Position numbers and translations under genes: made by a program. This document shows positions 12,001 through 22,355 of a DNA stretch of 64,000 nt, in pieces. Below the pieces are notes generated by a model. That model made no database searches. It was not told where the DNA came from and saw nothing but the letters and a program-made list of their open reading frames with translations. The DNA is from Hormiphora californensis (Eukaryota > Animalia > Ctenophora), in assembly GCA_020137815.1 (NCBI GenBank), contig CM035353.1:6386001-6450000 (forward strand), given 5' to 3'. The stretch's first letter is position 1. Every line of letters starts with the position of its first letter.

Positions 12001-13563
12001 TACACGATTACCAATAGAAGATTCGGCCGATATATCCGCACTTTGCTCTGTGGCTTGCTAGGAAACAAGCAGGCTATTATAGGGATTCAGGCTACCTCTA
12101 GCGGGACAAATGGAAACTGAAACCTACCAGGTCTAATGTGTAAATGTAGTATGGGAACAATCACTGACGCCTTGACTGCTAACTAAGCCCTGCTAATTAG
12201 AACAGTTTTTCCTGTAAAAGGTTTTAGGAGGGAGTCAGCAGAGATACTGATATAGCTGCCTGATTGTCTGATTCTTTGATTAATCACTTGAACTTGTCCC
12301 CAAATTGGCGATGAGTAACAGTAATTCAGACTTTTTGAGATAGCAAGAATATTTTTCGGAGAAATGAACCATAATCAAGAATAATACACAATAATGCTCC
12401 ATAAACAAGAAAACACTGAATCACTTATTGAGTTACAATCATGTTGGCCACCCAGAAAGCAGTACACGACCTTCAAGACGGGCGAAAAGAGCAAGCAATG
12501 TTAGCGGACTGCGTCTTGGACGACGGACGTAGTGGACCGTGCAGTTATAGTGAGCAACTGTTTATATGTGGGCGGCCAAAATGACGAAGAATATGATTTG
12601 ATGAGTAAACACACACACACGTGCACACACATTGAGCAAGCTCAATTTAACTAATCTTTCGTCTTCTGTTTTCTTTTAGTTCGAATTTAAACTCCTTTTA
12701 GTATTATTTTTCTTTGCCCGGGCATCAACTCGGATGATCGTTTTAGCACGTATGCTAAAAAGATCATACAGGGTTTAGAAATCTCAAACTTGATTCGCCA
12801 ATGACCGTCGTCTGATGATCGTCATCACTGATAGTCCATCAGTATTGGTATTGTTAAGTACCTCTCCCTCTCTCTCTCTCAAAGTCTCTCTCACGCCACA
12901 CAACCGCCCCCCCCCCCCCCGGCCCCACTCTGGTACTACCCCAGACCCCAGTTCACAGTAAATAAAACATCCCCCCTCCAGATCTAGTTACGGTGGGACA
13001 GGAGAGGAGCGTGTCTACGAGGATGAATCCTACTTTCCAGATGAGAATTTCCTCGTTCCCCATGACAGGCCTGGTATTGTGACTATGGCAAATAGTGGAC
13101 CCAACACCAACTCATCCCGTTTTGTTATCCTGACTTCTCCTGCCCAATATTTGGATGGGAAAAATGTAGCTTTTGCCGAGGTAGGTGTTATCAATCGGTA
13201 TTTTCTAATGTCTCTGTAGTTTGTGTAGAGTCGGACCCCGATTTACCGAGATCCTCGGGGGAAGCCGGTAAATCAGGGTTTCATGGGTTTCTTGCCTGCA
13301 ATTCGAAATAACACGCCGCATATATCAGTGTGTTATATATCATTCCAACCCAGGTTTCTGAGGGTATGGACGTTATCCAGGAAATTGATGAATTCTGTGG
13401 ATCCCAAAATGGATATCCACTTCACTATGTGGAGATAACCCAGTCAGGGGTGTTGGATGAGGAACAACCCCATCTCCCACCCTCTATACCATTAGATGAA
13501 CTTAATATTCGGACTGAGCGGGACACGCTATCTTATACCAAGGAATCTCTGTATATTGAGTGA
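3063..13563 (+). CDS. Divergent cyclophilin-type PPIase-like protein, 265 aa, probable pseudoenzyme; exons 3063-3193, 5646-5764, 5940-6078, 12982-13180, 13354-13563
   Basis: All introns are GT-AG and the phases (2,1,2,0) give a 798-nt CDS. Cyclophilin motifs occur in order: AYFRLVV…LGFVKLRMFDDSVPATCKNFLDLC…GFGYRRSVFHHVVRGFGLYGGD…GTCGRSSYG…FPDENFLVPHDRPGIVTMANSGPNTNSSRFVI…YLDGKNVAFAEVSEGMDVI. The GTCGR|SSYG motif (CypA GTGGKSIYG) spans the 6.9-kb intron. Confidence 0.88.
3340..5391 (-). mobile_element. Non-autonomous Helentron/HINE-like element, copy 1, in cyclophilin intron 1
   Basis: Near-identical, in inverted orientation, to 48783-49308 + 55866-56700. Ends are asymmetric: a TGCGCT-GGCA-AGCGCA hairpin plus sub-TIR AAAGGTGGCCC at one end, and at the other a ~55-bp inverted-repeat cassette around a (GA)n tract (5116-5391). 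No clear TSD; AT-rich targets. Superfamily call is by architecture. Confidence 0.65.
4068..4890. mobile_element. Foldback element with poly-G/poly-C termini and inverted 10-bp (AAAATATATA) arrays
   Basis: Termini G-run-CCAACG / CGTTGG-C-run; TSD GGTCAATG at 4060-4067 and 4891-4898. The empty site (single GGTCAATG, reverse strand) is present in the paralogous host copy at ~55977. Confidence 0.85.
6990..7498. repeat. 22-bp minisatellite (ATTGAAGCTGACTCAATACCGC), ~23 copies
   Basis: Head-to-tail repeats without spacers; the last unit overlaps the GPCR stop codon at 7487-7489. Confidence 0.95.
7487..8473 (-). CDS. Intronless class A (rhodopsin-like) orphan GPCR, 328 aa, nested antisense in cyclophilin intron 3
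   Basis: Seven hydrophobic segments; TM1 PLN, TM2 LACVD, TM3 ATVRFIQIRWPF (DRY-like), TM7 LLNGVLY (NPxxY-like). The first true ATG (MAVFSEG) is at 8473, just downstream of acceptor TTTGTCCCTCAG. Confidence 0.88.
   Translation of the reverse strand: MAVFSEGKTTFPDFGLLMILAVLGLISAPLNAMVIRHNFYKKYSISQCLYIILACVDVLSSLVLCPVALSQLWADKDPECWGDMESYLKYNLSSVLCEDNYMLYSKFQRPSFFDLSVSGVVWTLQYAPIIITAIFATVRFIQIRWPFAHLPLKYILVGTLLSVLFVPLYMTWLFSKRWPVAVKPVDLGIYFPNLEGPMLYLILLASVSVINFTGMTSSLLTLAYLVWLYIHPVGGQKRSLMGTIKITLLNFNSAVSMGISIYTNITLKFAYTLQSVEFEEQMNAITTKMTGNYLTFNFWPITASLLNGVLYLAFTKNARTFQRKKMRY
8781..9036. repeat. Compound (CT)n/(CA)n microsatellite
   Basis: Seen directly. Similar tracts at ~5246, 40920, 48960, 50289 and 54360. 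Confidence 0.95.
9346..10735. mobile_element. Non-autonomous Kolobok-type element with ~600-bp TIRs
   Basis: TTAA TSD at 9342-9345 and 10736-10739; termini GGGTACGCTAACC / GGTTAGCGTACCC. Purine 5' ends with TTAA fit Kolobok rather than piggyBac. Arms ~9346-9949 and ~10132-10735 are nearly identical. Confidence 0.85.
11173..12120 (+). CDS. Intronless class A (rhodopsin-like) orphan GPCR, 315 aa, nested on the same strand in cyclophilin intron 3
   Basis: TM1 GLTGN, TM2 LALAD, ECL1 RWVLGPVYC, TM3 ISCYRL, TM6 FSWGPY, TM7 NPFLY. Acceptor TTTCTAACAG lies 6 nt before the ATG. Confidence 0.93.
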   Translation: MNDTSAIYLTTSQTIPLAVYCFFVTLFGLTGNGLVLYSSLRYDAIKLDEVSLEFVRTLALADILYTVCIVLPQFVTFAARRWVLGPVYCVLQGEIGMVPGSLNTLTVFAISCYRLKLVISPFHQISLRSARIIIGFIWLLALTPLVLIESYQLGAHFDPNIARCVGDIYDHDEARGPLMILVGIIVFIPLFGIIGINFGLLGVALRLQSSRNSGPSRGINFKALLVILALSGLFMFSWGPYLVYTFIKIKTPEVSQQFTLVVFNFLLLNVFGNPFLYTITNRRFGRYIRTLLCGLLGNKQAIIGIQATSSGTNGN

Positions 13564-15099
13564 TAGATAACTTTGAGAGGGATATTGAGTTTGTTACTAA
13601 TTTATTACTTTTTTTACCAACTTTGAAATATAGTTTTTAGTAATTTGTTGGCTGTGAAAGCAGCTGATTGACTTTGCCTTTGAGGTCGGTTGGCGGGGTA
13701 CGGACAGGGGATTGCATCCTGTCTTTAGCGCGATGATGCGCGTAGTGAGTATGGTTGTAGCGCGCGGGTTAATGAATTCTACAACTGCGCGGCTAAACGT
13801 TTTTAAAATTTTGTATTGATGTTTTTAAAATTTTTCTGTCCCAGCACTTGATTTTCAGTTTTCACAGTTTTATCTACGTTTTTCCTTCCGTCTGAAAATC
13901 GCGTCTTCTAATTTAAATAGCGATAACTTGGGTCTCTCCATCTTGAGAACCTATGGAAATCGAAATGTTCCATTGCTCTTCAAGAGATTCAATAACAGAA
14001 GCGAATTCTTCGAATCTCAGATCCAACAGGGTCTCCTTTAGGGCTCTTTGTGGAGTTACTTGCGTTGATATCTCCTTGAAATCAACTGTTCGTGGCCTTT
14101 TTGGTTTGGTTAGATCGCTGACAAATAGACCATTCAATAATGAATATGTTCCGATGGTGTTTAAGTCTGATTTTTTGAAGTTGTCGGGTGGGGCACGAGT
14201 ATTTATTTGTGCACCGGAAACTCGTTTTGGTTTCTTTGTTTCTTGACCAATTTCGTCAAACTAAATTTCTTCGGACTCACAAAATTCTCTTTCCGAGCAA
14301 GTGGGGGCTGTCACGCGCCCAAATGTCAATACGACATTACGTGTGAAAGGGAAGGGGGGTGACAACTTCAAAAAATCTGACTTTATATTCCTATGCACTC
14401 TGATGGATTATCTGAATTAAAAAAATATATGTCAGAGCTATTAGTATGTTTCTGCAATGTGGTGCCCGATGTCAATAATGAAATTGTTCAATTTCTGCAA
14501 ATCAGGAGGCGAAATGGGTCCCAGAAATCGCACTGCAATATCTCCAAGTCCCCATTTACCTCTCGCCAGACCGATTGCTGCGAGGTGGGGTTTGGCTTCT
14601 TCATTCAGTCCCTGGCAGTGTAATACATTATACAATATTCGTGTCAATATAAGAATCGTTTTTCAAAATGCTATTAATTTCTCAACATTCGAATAGTTCG
14701 GTTTTAAGCTAAAAAGAGAATTGGCAGCCAAAATTGTGCCAATTAACCACAAAAATCTCAGAAATCAATCCCAAACATAGTTTCTGAAACACCTCCATAG
14801 CCTTGGTTCTTAAATATACATACTTAATAGAAAACCCCTATCATGCATAGGACCTTTTCCCCTTCCTCAGTTGCGACAAAGTGGTCCAGCGCTTCTACCA
14901 ATTCTGCCCTGTCCCTCGAAATCGCCATTGATAATTTCCCCTCATGCTTCATCTTCCTCTTCTTCTGATCCTGATAGAGATTGGTTTTACAAATTTATCA
15001 GACTGATATCTCCGAACGGAGTTTAATACAATTAGGCCAAAATACAAAGAAATTATGTTATCCTTTTCGATTTGATCTTTAAATAATGTGGTGTTATTA

Positions 15100-15215
15100 T
15101 GAGGACACTTCCCTTGTTACTGGTCTCCGCCTCCACAACCTGCTACGAGACGTGCTAAAGGCGGACCAGATGCAGCTGCATATCGATTCGCAGCACGCCT
15201 TGCTGCAGGCTGAGA
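15100..15215 (-). pseudogene. Possible decayed hAT transposase C-terminal (dimerization) exon
   Basis: After acceptor CTTCCTCTCAG one frame reads SKACCESICSCIWSAFSTSRSRL, resembling the hAT S-x-A-x-C-E-S…R-x-R-L motif. Short match only. Confidence 0.3.
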
Positions 15216-15691
15216 GGAAGCAGCACAACACAATCAAAAATACATAAAATAATAAACATAATTATTAAGCTCCCGTGTTCTGCAAATTGTCTTCTCACCC
15301 ACGCTACAAATTCCCCCTCATCCTTCTCCAACTCCTTCTCCATCAATTCCTCGGGTCCCTCCTTCCCTTTCTTCACTGTTACCACTCTGCCTGTAATTGA
15401 AGGATGCATCATAGTATGTTTTTTATAAGTTATGAAGCGCTACGAAGCGGGCTGAGTGGGTGGCATAGGAGATTGCACCCCTATAATTTAAAACACCAAT
15501 ATACTTACATTCGATTTTAGGGGCCGGGAGTCGGGACTGAGGCTCCGTACCCCGTGCATGCGCCACACGACCATCGTGTTGCCAGTGGCAACTTGCCACC
15601 CTGTACCAGCAGCCTGGAACTGTGTAACAAAGTCCTCAAGACAAAATATCTTTCGGAACATTACCTCACCACTTGTTACTCGGTCTCTCTG

Positions 15692-16830
15692 GGGGGGGGG
15701 GGTGACACGTAACACTTTGTAACACTTTGTAACATGTAACGTGCACAAAAAGTTTTCTGCACATGTTACATAGTGTTACATAGTGTTACATAGTGTTACA
15801 AAGTGTTACAAAGTGTTACAAAGTGTTACAAAGTGTTACATAGTGTTACAAAGTGTTACATAGTGTTACAAAGTGTTACATAGTGTTACAAAGTGTTACA
15901 TAGTGTTACAAAGTGTTACATAGTTTTACAAAGTGTTACATAGTGTTACAAAGTGTCACAAAGTGTTACATAGTGTCACAAAGTGTTACAAATTGTTACA
16001 AAGTGTTACAAATTGTTACAAAATATTTACAAATTGTTACAAAATATTTACAAAATATATAAGACGGTTGGTGAATAAGTCATTTGAACGACTTTGGTGT
16101 CTTTCTAGAACACATCTAAAAGTTTTAAATCATTTCTAGGGTTAAAACATACACTTTTTTACTAATTTGCGGATGTTTTGAGCCTCCGATGTCATCGACT
16201 GTGGAAATCAGGGCTGAAATAATCCATTTGGTAAAGAAAAATATGAACTTTTAGACAACGGTAAAGTTTTTAGAGTGATATTAAAAGTATTTTGCCTCTC
16301 AGAGGCCCCCAATGTGCTGAGTCACCTGTGAGTTGTGACCCAATCGACTTTTTTTCATTGGTAATCGATTCTTTGTACTTAATAAGATGATATACAACGT
16401 TTCTGTTGGAAAAAGAAATAAAATTTTTCCAAAATCAATTTTTTGGTCAAAGATTGAAAATTTGCTTCGCTACAAATCCTTGTGTGTTTGTAAATATTTT
16501 GTAACACTTTGTAACAATTTGTAACACTTTGTGACACTATGTAACACTTTGTGACACTTTGTAACACTATGTAATACTTTGTAACACTATGTAACACTTT
16601 GTAACACTTTGTAACACTATGTAACACTTTGTAACACTTTGTAACACTATGTAACACTTTGTAACACTATGTAACACTTTGTAACACTATGTAACACTTT
16701 GTAACACTATGTAACACTTTGTAACACTTTGTAACACTATGTAACACTTTGTAACATGTAACGTGCACAAAAAGTTTTCTGCACATGTTACAAAGTGTTA
16801 CAAAGTGTTACGTGTCACCCCCCCCCCCCC
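15692..16830. mobile_element. Foldback element with poly-G/poly-C termini and inverted 10-bp (TGTTACAWAG) arrays
   Basis: Termini G-run-TGACACGTAACACTTTG / CAAAGTGTTACGTGTCA-C-run; TSD TCTCTCT(GG) of 7-9 bp at 15684 and 16831. Confidence 0.85.
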
Positions 16831-17808
16831 TCTCTCTGGAGATGGACAACTATTCCAGAGGAGGCCGCCGCAATTCGTTAGTTGTTTGGATGCTGAAAGA
16901 GTATATTCCAGTGAAGATTTCAGCCGAGCTATACTTTTTCAGCAGGGAGGTAGGTGGGTCCGGGTTCCTTCCCATAGATGTGGGCCCGTTCTTCTTACTA
17001 TAATAATGATACAGATTTATAATAAAGAAATATTTACTACTTCATTTTTTTGTAGAAATTAAAAATATAATGTCTTTTTCTATATTCATAAAACCGTCGA
17101 TCTTCGAAAGGGTTTTCAATCCTATATTGTCCTTGTGTAGTTTTAAACACAGCTCATTGTCTGAAAATATAATGGAATATGTATTATATTTTTGGGTAGG
17201 GAAGAGTGCTGTCATACAATATAATATACAACATATAATGGGGTCCGTCCCTAGAAGGAAACTTTCATGATCTCTTGATCCTAGATACCAGACAAAGTAA
17301 TGCCCTTCTTCGTTCTTCAATATTTCTCTTGCCTGAGGATATGCAGTCTCTGAAGAGTGTTGTTGATGAACTCAAAAACCCGATCTAACAGCAGGAGGAT
17401 CTGATCAGCTGTGTGCAGTTTGTGGTTGAGAATAATTTTGTTATTACATTATCATTATCATTATATACTATCCCCAATCTCATGCCGCTTGCCAGTGTCA
17501 TTTGGGTAGTTTTCACATGCTCGCGTTGCCAGCCGGATATGCCTCTCAACAGCCTGGGTATGGCAGGGCAGGTCATCCGGGAGGGTGAAGGGAACAGGTA
17601 TTGGCAGCCAGGTGTCTTTCTTCGTTAATATAATTAATATGCGGGCAAGGTATTGGTGAATCACCTTGAAATCCACGATCGCAGGCTGCGAGCTGGATGA
17701 GATCTTTCTCCGATTATATCTGCTTTTAGGACCTTCTTTCTGTTCTTGGTGGCGTCCCGGGGGGTTAACCGGATATGAGACACTTTTCTCCATGCAGCGA
17801 AAGCGTTA

Positions 17809-18755
17809 TAGTAGAGTCGATAAGAACACTCACCTCCTCCGATTTCAGTGAAACTTCTCACATGCTAACATATGATAATGGAGGTACAAATACCGCTTAT
17901 TTTAGGTCCGAAAAACTTTTGGTTCGTTAATTATCGCTAATTGAAAAACGCCAAAAATGGGCTAAAATGGCCCTTAAGGTGGATTTGAAATTTTGGAGTT
18001 GGAACTCCAGACTTCGTACAGGTGTCCGCTAGGATGCCAATATGCACCACAGGCGGGCTCAGGCCTAAATTCGTCCGAATTTTTGCGTAAGGCCGGATGG
18101 CGTGAATTTTGGTCACGTGATTTGGGCAAAAAATCAGTTTTTTGCTATTTGTGCCTTTCCTGCACGCCGGAGATGAAAAATAAGGCCATTTCCTCTCATT
18201 TATTTTTCTTTCTGCATCGATTAAGCAGGCTATGAACCTCCCTTACTTCAACGGTTCAGAAGTTAGAGTTTTGCAAAAAAAGAGCGGGAGACTAGATGGC
18301 GTCAATTTTGTAAGGCGATTTGTGTCTTTCCTGTGCGTCTGGGATGAAAAATGATGTCAAAACGTGTCATTTTCATCATATTCTGCATCGATTAAGCAGG
18401 TTATAAACATCCCTTACTTGAGCGGTTCAGAAGTTAGCCGAGGTCACGTGACCAAGATTTACGCCATCCGGTCTTACGCAAAAATTCGGACGAATTTAGG
18501 CCTGAGCCCGCCTGTGGTGCATATTGGCATCCTAGCGGACACCTGTACGAAGTCTGGAGTTCCAACTCCAAAATTTCAAATCCACCTTAAGGGCCATTTT
18601 AGCCCATTTTTGGCGTTTTTCAATTAGCGATAATTAACGAACCAAAAGTTTTTCGGACCTAAAATAAGCGGTATTTGTACCTCCATTATCATATGTTAGC
18701 ATGTGAGAAGTTTCACTGAAATCGGAGGAGGTGAGTGTTCTTATCGACTCTACTA
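17809..18755. mobile_element. 947-bp MITE with ~310-bp TIRs and 3-bp TTA TSD (Harbinger/Zator-like target)
   Basis: TTA|TAGTAGAGTCGATAAG … CTTATCGACTCTACTA|TTA; internal ~110-bp direct repeat. Removing the element plus one TTA restores the host reading frame. Confidence 0.85.
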
Positions 18756-20149
18756 TTAGAATATAGCTTAATGTTGTCACGGAAACAGTCTGTAAGCGGG
18801 AAGACCAACTCGACTCTCCTTCCTGTGAGGATGGTGTCTGCATTGATTCTCTCACCCTTAATTTTTAAATGGCATTGGAAATCAGATTCCCATATTCGCG
18901 GTTTTTTGACACTGGGCTCCGATATCTGCTTTTGGGACTTTCTTTCCAATCGTAGATTTCAAGATTAAAATTCAAAATTCAAAATAAGAAAATAAATTTT
19001 ATTCAATGTTTAGCACTATGTTTAATGAACACAATAAAGTGTATGGAACTTTGGTGCAAGTTCCATACAATTCATAGCTTTTCAAACACAAGGCGAGTTA
19101 GTTAACTAGCTGATGTTAACTCTACTTTACCCGTTATTAGTGTTGTTGATCTAAAGTTTCGGTATAACGTACCCTCTTTCACTAAAGTGGTACCCTCTTC
19201 CACTAAAGTGGTCATTTTCATGCACTCAGACCCGTCGTTATCGATACAAACACCGTCATTCAAACACCGTCAATTTCTCCTGGTGAAACGAAATGCTGGC
19301 AAACACACCTCGAACTGCTTCCACATTATTTTTAAATCTTTAAGACTTAAGACCGGCCCTTCCTACAACGTTTCGGTAACGTTTTCGGTTTTACATTGGT
19401 CTTCACGATTCCAATGGTCCGGTCCAAAGGTTCAAACATCGATGTCGGGAGTAAACCGGCTCGGACATCGCGAATCCCATCTACTTTCTCCATGTAATCT
19501 TCCGTGTTCTTCTGATCAGAAGCCAACCTAAGCAATCATAACAGTAGAGTTTCCCTGTAAACTCGGCTATCATCAATTTCGGAAGCTCGAAGCCTAAATA
19601 TATATATTCCCTGGCCCCATACATGACTTGTTCATTCAACTATACAGTACAATCTCAATTACTATCTTGAGATCCTGTTATTCACCAGTCAAGCTTGTTC
19701 TCTGTTTTAGTATCATGCTTCATGTTATCAGTAGATGCAGTTCTAGTTAAAATACTGATACAAATACAATTATATTCATGTAGTCTCCTCTCCACAGTGC
19801 CACCACGTCGTGACATTTGGCTTGAGGTGACTTGAGCAAGTTTAGGACTGATGAGAGATGAGTTGAGTTGGTATTTGGTATTACCAAATTGGTAATCCCT
19901 AACTGGAAACTGATGCAACATTTGGTTTCATCGTTCCCTACGACAAATTGAATGCCTTGTCGCCCAACAGGTGGAAGTCGGTGGGTGTACCGTGTATTGT
20001 TGATCTAGGTCGTTTAGCTCAAGCACTCTCAACTCTGCTGTCTTTCATACATCCCAGTAACCCCAACGCCGCAAATTAAAATGATCGTCCAGGGAGGGCA
20101 ACTACAAACAGGACGATGGAGTATATTCTTAGATAGTGATATATGTGAC

Positions 20150-20615
20150 GAAGAGTTTGAAGATTTGTCTCGGCAGTCCGCAGCGATGTGTCCGGTCTGT
20201 CCACAGGAGTGAAACTTGGTGTGACACTGGTTCTGCATATGTCCCTTCAGGGTACACCGTTTACATCTGACGTCCTTCCATGCTGGAGGAGAACCTGGTC
20301 TGTTTACCACAAATACTTCACTTTTCATGGTAGGCGGTTTTACATGCACGGTCAGTTTCTTTGCCTCCCCGCCTGCCGTTAGCTTCACTGTTATCTTCTC
20401 CAACGCTTGTCCAAATGTCATGGGCAAGTAGTATAGCTCTCACTTTCTCGTCGTTTAGGCCACAAATCAGCCGGTCTCTTAGCGCCTGATCCAAAAATTC
20501 TTTCGGAAGCCCACATGTTGCAGCTCGTCTCTTAACCCTATTGCTATATTCTAGCAGTTCTTCATTTCGTCCCTGGGTAACTCCATAGAACTTAGCCCGC
20601 TCGGCAATTATCAGC
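20150..20615 (-). pseudogene. Gypsy-type LTR retrotransposon gag remnant
   Basis: IIAERAKFYGVTQGRNEELLEYSNRVKRRAATCGLPKEFLDQALRDRLICGL, then after a frameshift the zinc knuckles CKRCTLKGHMQNQC and (F)HSCGQTGHIAADC. A PBS-like CA-A-TGGCGA lies at 21270-21278 (minus). Confidence 0.75.
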
Positions 20616-20802
20616 TCAAAGCAGCAACTCCTATCAGACCAGTCGCAGGAAATACTATCACTGCTAAAAGACCAGTCAACGCCTCCCCATCAATCACTAA
20701 GCCCCAACCATCAATCGAAATCCGAACCTGCTATCCAACCACCGCTACATACAGCCCCCGCTACAGCTACTCAGAAGCCACCCCTACGGTGTTCCATACA
20801 AT

Positions 20803-20902
20803 TCTTTCGAGAATGCCCTCCTGAGCAAATATTTGCTCAGGAGGGCATTCTCGAAAGAGTTGTACTGTTTTTGGTACATTTACAAATGTACCAAAAACAG
20901 TA
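20803..20902. repeat. Two adjacent palindromes: a perfect 56-bp palindrome (20803-20858) and a 19-bp-stem hairpin (20863-20902)
   Basis: TCTTTCGAGAATGCCCTCCTGAGCAAAT|ATTTGCTCAGGAGGGCATTCTCGAAAGA and TACTGTTTTTGGTACATTT-AC-AAATGTACCAAAAACAGTA. Confidence 0.9.
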
Positions 20903-21559
20903 AAATATTTAGGTTGAAATCGAAACTTCAATTAATGCGTTGATCGGTCATCCCTTCATTGGTATTCATTTAGTGACGGTGGTTTAATTATGATATCCCA
21001 TGAATGATGACGTAAGCCATGGTTAGTTGAAGAAGAACTTACTTGATGCCATGTCAACTGGTATGTGTTGGGTCTGGGTAATATCTTCCTCGACTTGATC
21101 CCCATTGTCCTCATTTGCCCCTCCTGTCCCTGATTCCTCATCCTGCTGTGGGTTAGCTTCCTCCCCACTATCTTCCATTTCCTGCTCCTGCTTCTCTCGC
21201 TCAAAATCAAATTATAACCCGGTCGAAGAACTCTTCCCCTAGATATCTAGGATAATCGTTATGTTCTTATCGCCATTGTTGAGCTTTGTATCGATGTATA
21301 AAGCTGAAATTGACAAATATTACTTGATGGTGTATCAATTAGAACACTTGTCTTAAAGAAGTTTTATAATTAATTTCATAACTAATATCTTTGGCTGATG
21401 ACTATTTAGGTGCCGGCAGGCACCTCCGACCCGAAGAAAACAGCAAAAAACGAAAAAAAGAAAAAAAATTTTTTGCCCTTGCACAAAAACCCAAAAATGC
21501 CGGCCCTATTAAGAACAAAGAAAGGTCTTTTTTTTGGGGGGGGGGGGGGGGGGCAAAAA

Positions 21560-22355
21560 ACATGTCAACGATTGTGGCCACACCGTTTGAGATATCGACT
21601 TGAAATTTTGTAGGCATGTTCTTGTAGTATTCCTTTGTGTCATGACGTTGGCGGATTTTTGAATTTTTAATTAATTAATTAATTATAGGTAATTAAAAAT
21701 GGTGCAAGGGCACCGTGCCCTTGCACATTGCGTGTTCTGTCCCTTGCACCGCGCCCTTGCACCAAATTCTATTTTCCGTTCTGCTTAAAATATCGACTTG
21801 AAACTTTGTAGGAATGTTCTTCAATCATAAAAGATGATGTTCGAAAAGTGGGAATAGTCAAAATTAATTAATTAGTTAGTTAGAGCCGTGCAAAAAATGG
21901 AATTTGGTGCAAGGGCAGGCAATGTGCAAGGGCAAATGGTGCAAGGGCAGCCCTTGCACCAATTTTATGATCGAACTGTGTCCACACCGTTTAATATTTT
22001 GACACGAAACTTTCTATGCATGTTCTAGTAGCATAACTACGAGTACTAGAAGAGCCGTATGATTAATATATCAATTAGGTAATTAATTATAGGCAAATTA
22101 ATCAAAATTTGCCCTTGCACAATTTGTGCAAATTTCCCCTGAACATGTGCCCTTGCACCATTTTGTTTGCCCATGCACTAAATTATATTTTCCGTTCTGC
22201 TTAAAATATCGACTTGAAACTTTCTAGGAATGTTCTTCATGCATAAAACATATAATATAATCTACAGAAAGTGGGAATAGTCAAAATTAATTAATTAATT
22301 ACTTAGAGATTAATTTTGGGGTGGCCCCTGCACAATTTGCCCCCAATTTGTGCAC
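21560..22355. repeat. Internally repetitive interspersed element with GCCCTTGCAC motifs in both orientations
   Basis: Many TGCAAGGGC/GCCCTTGCA motifs and a ~120-bp direct repeat (21770-21880 vs 22187-22300). Termini not resolved. Confidence 0.55.

Noticed and set aside
11173-12120. Opsin
   Set aside because: The position six residues before the N of NPxxY (bovine K296) is Leu, and there is no Lys in TM7.
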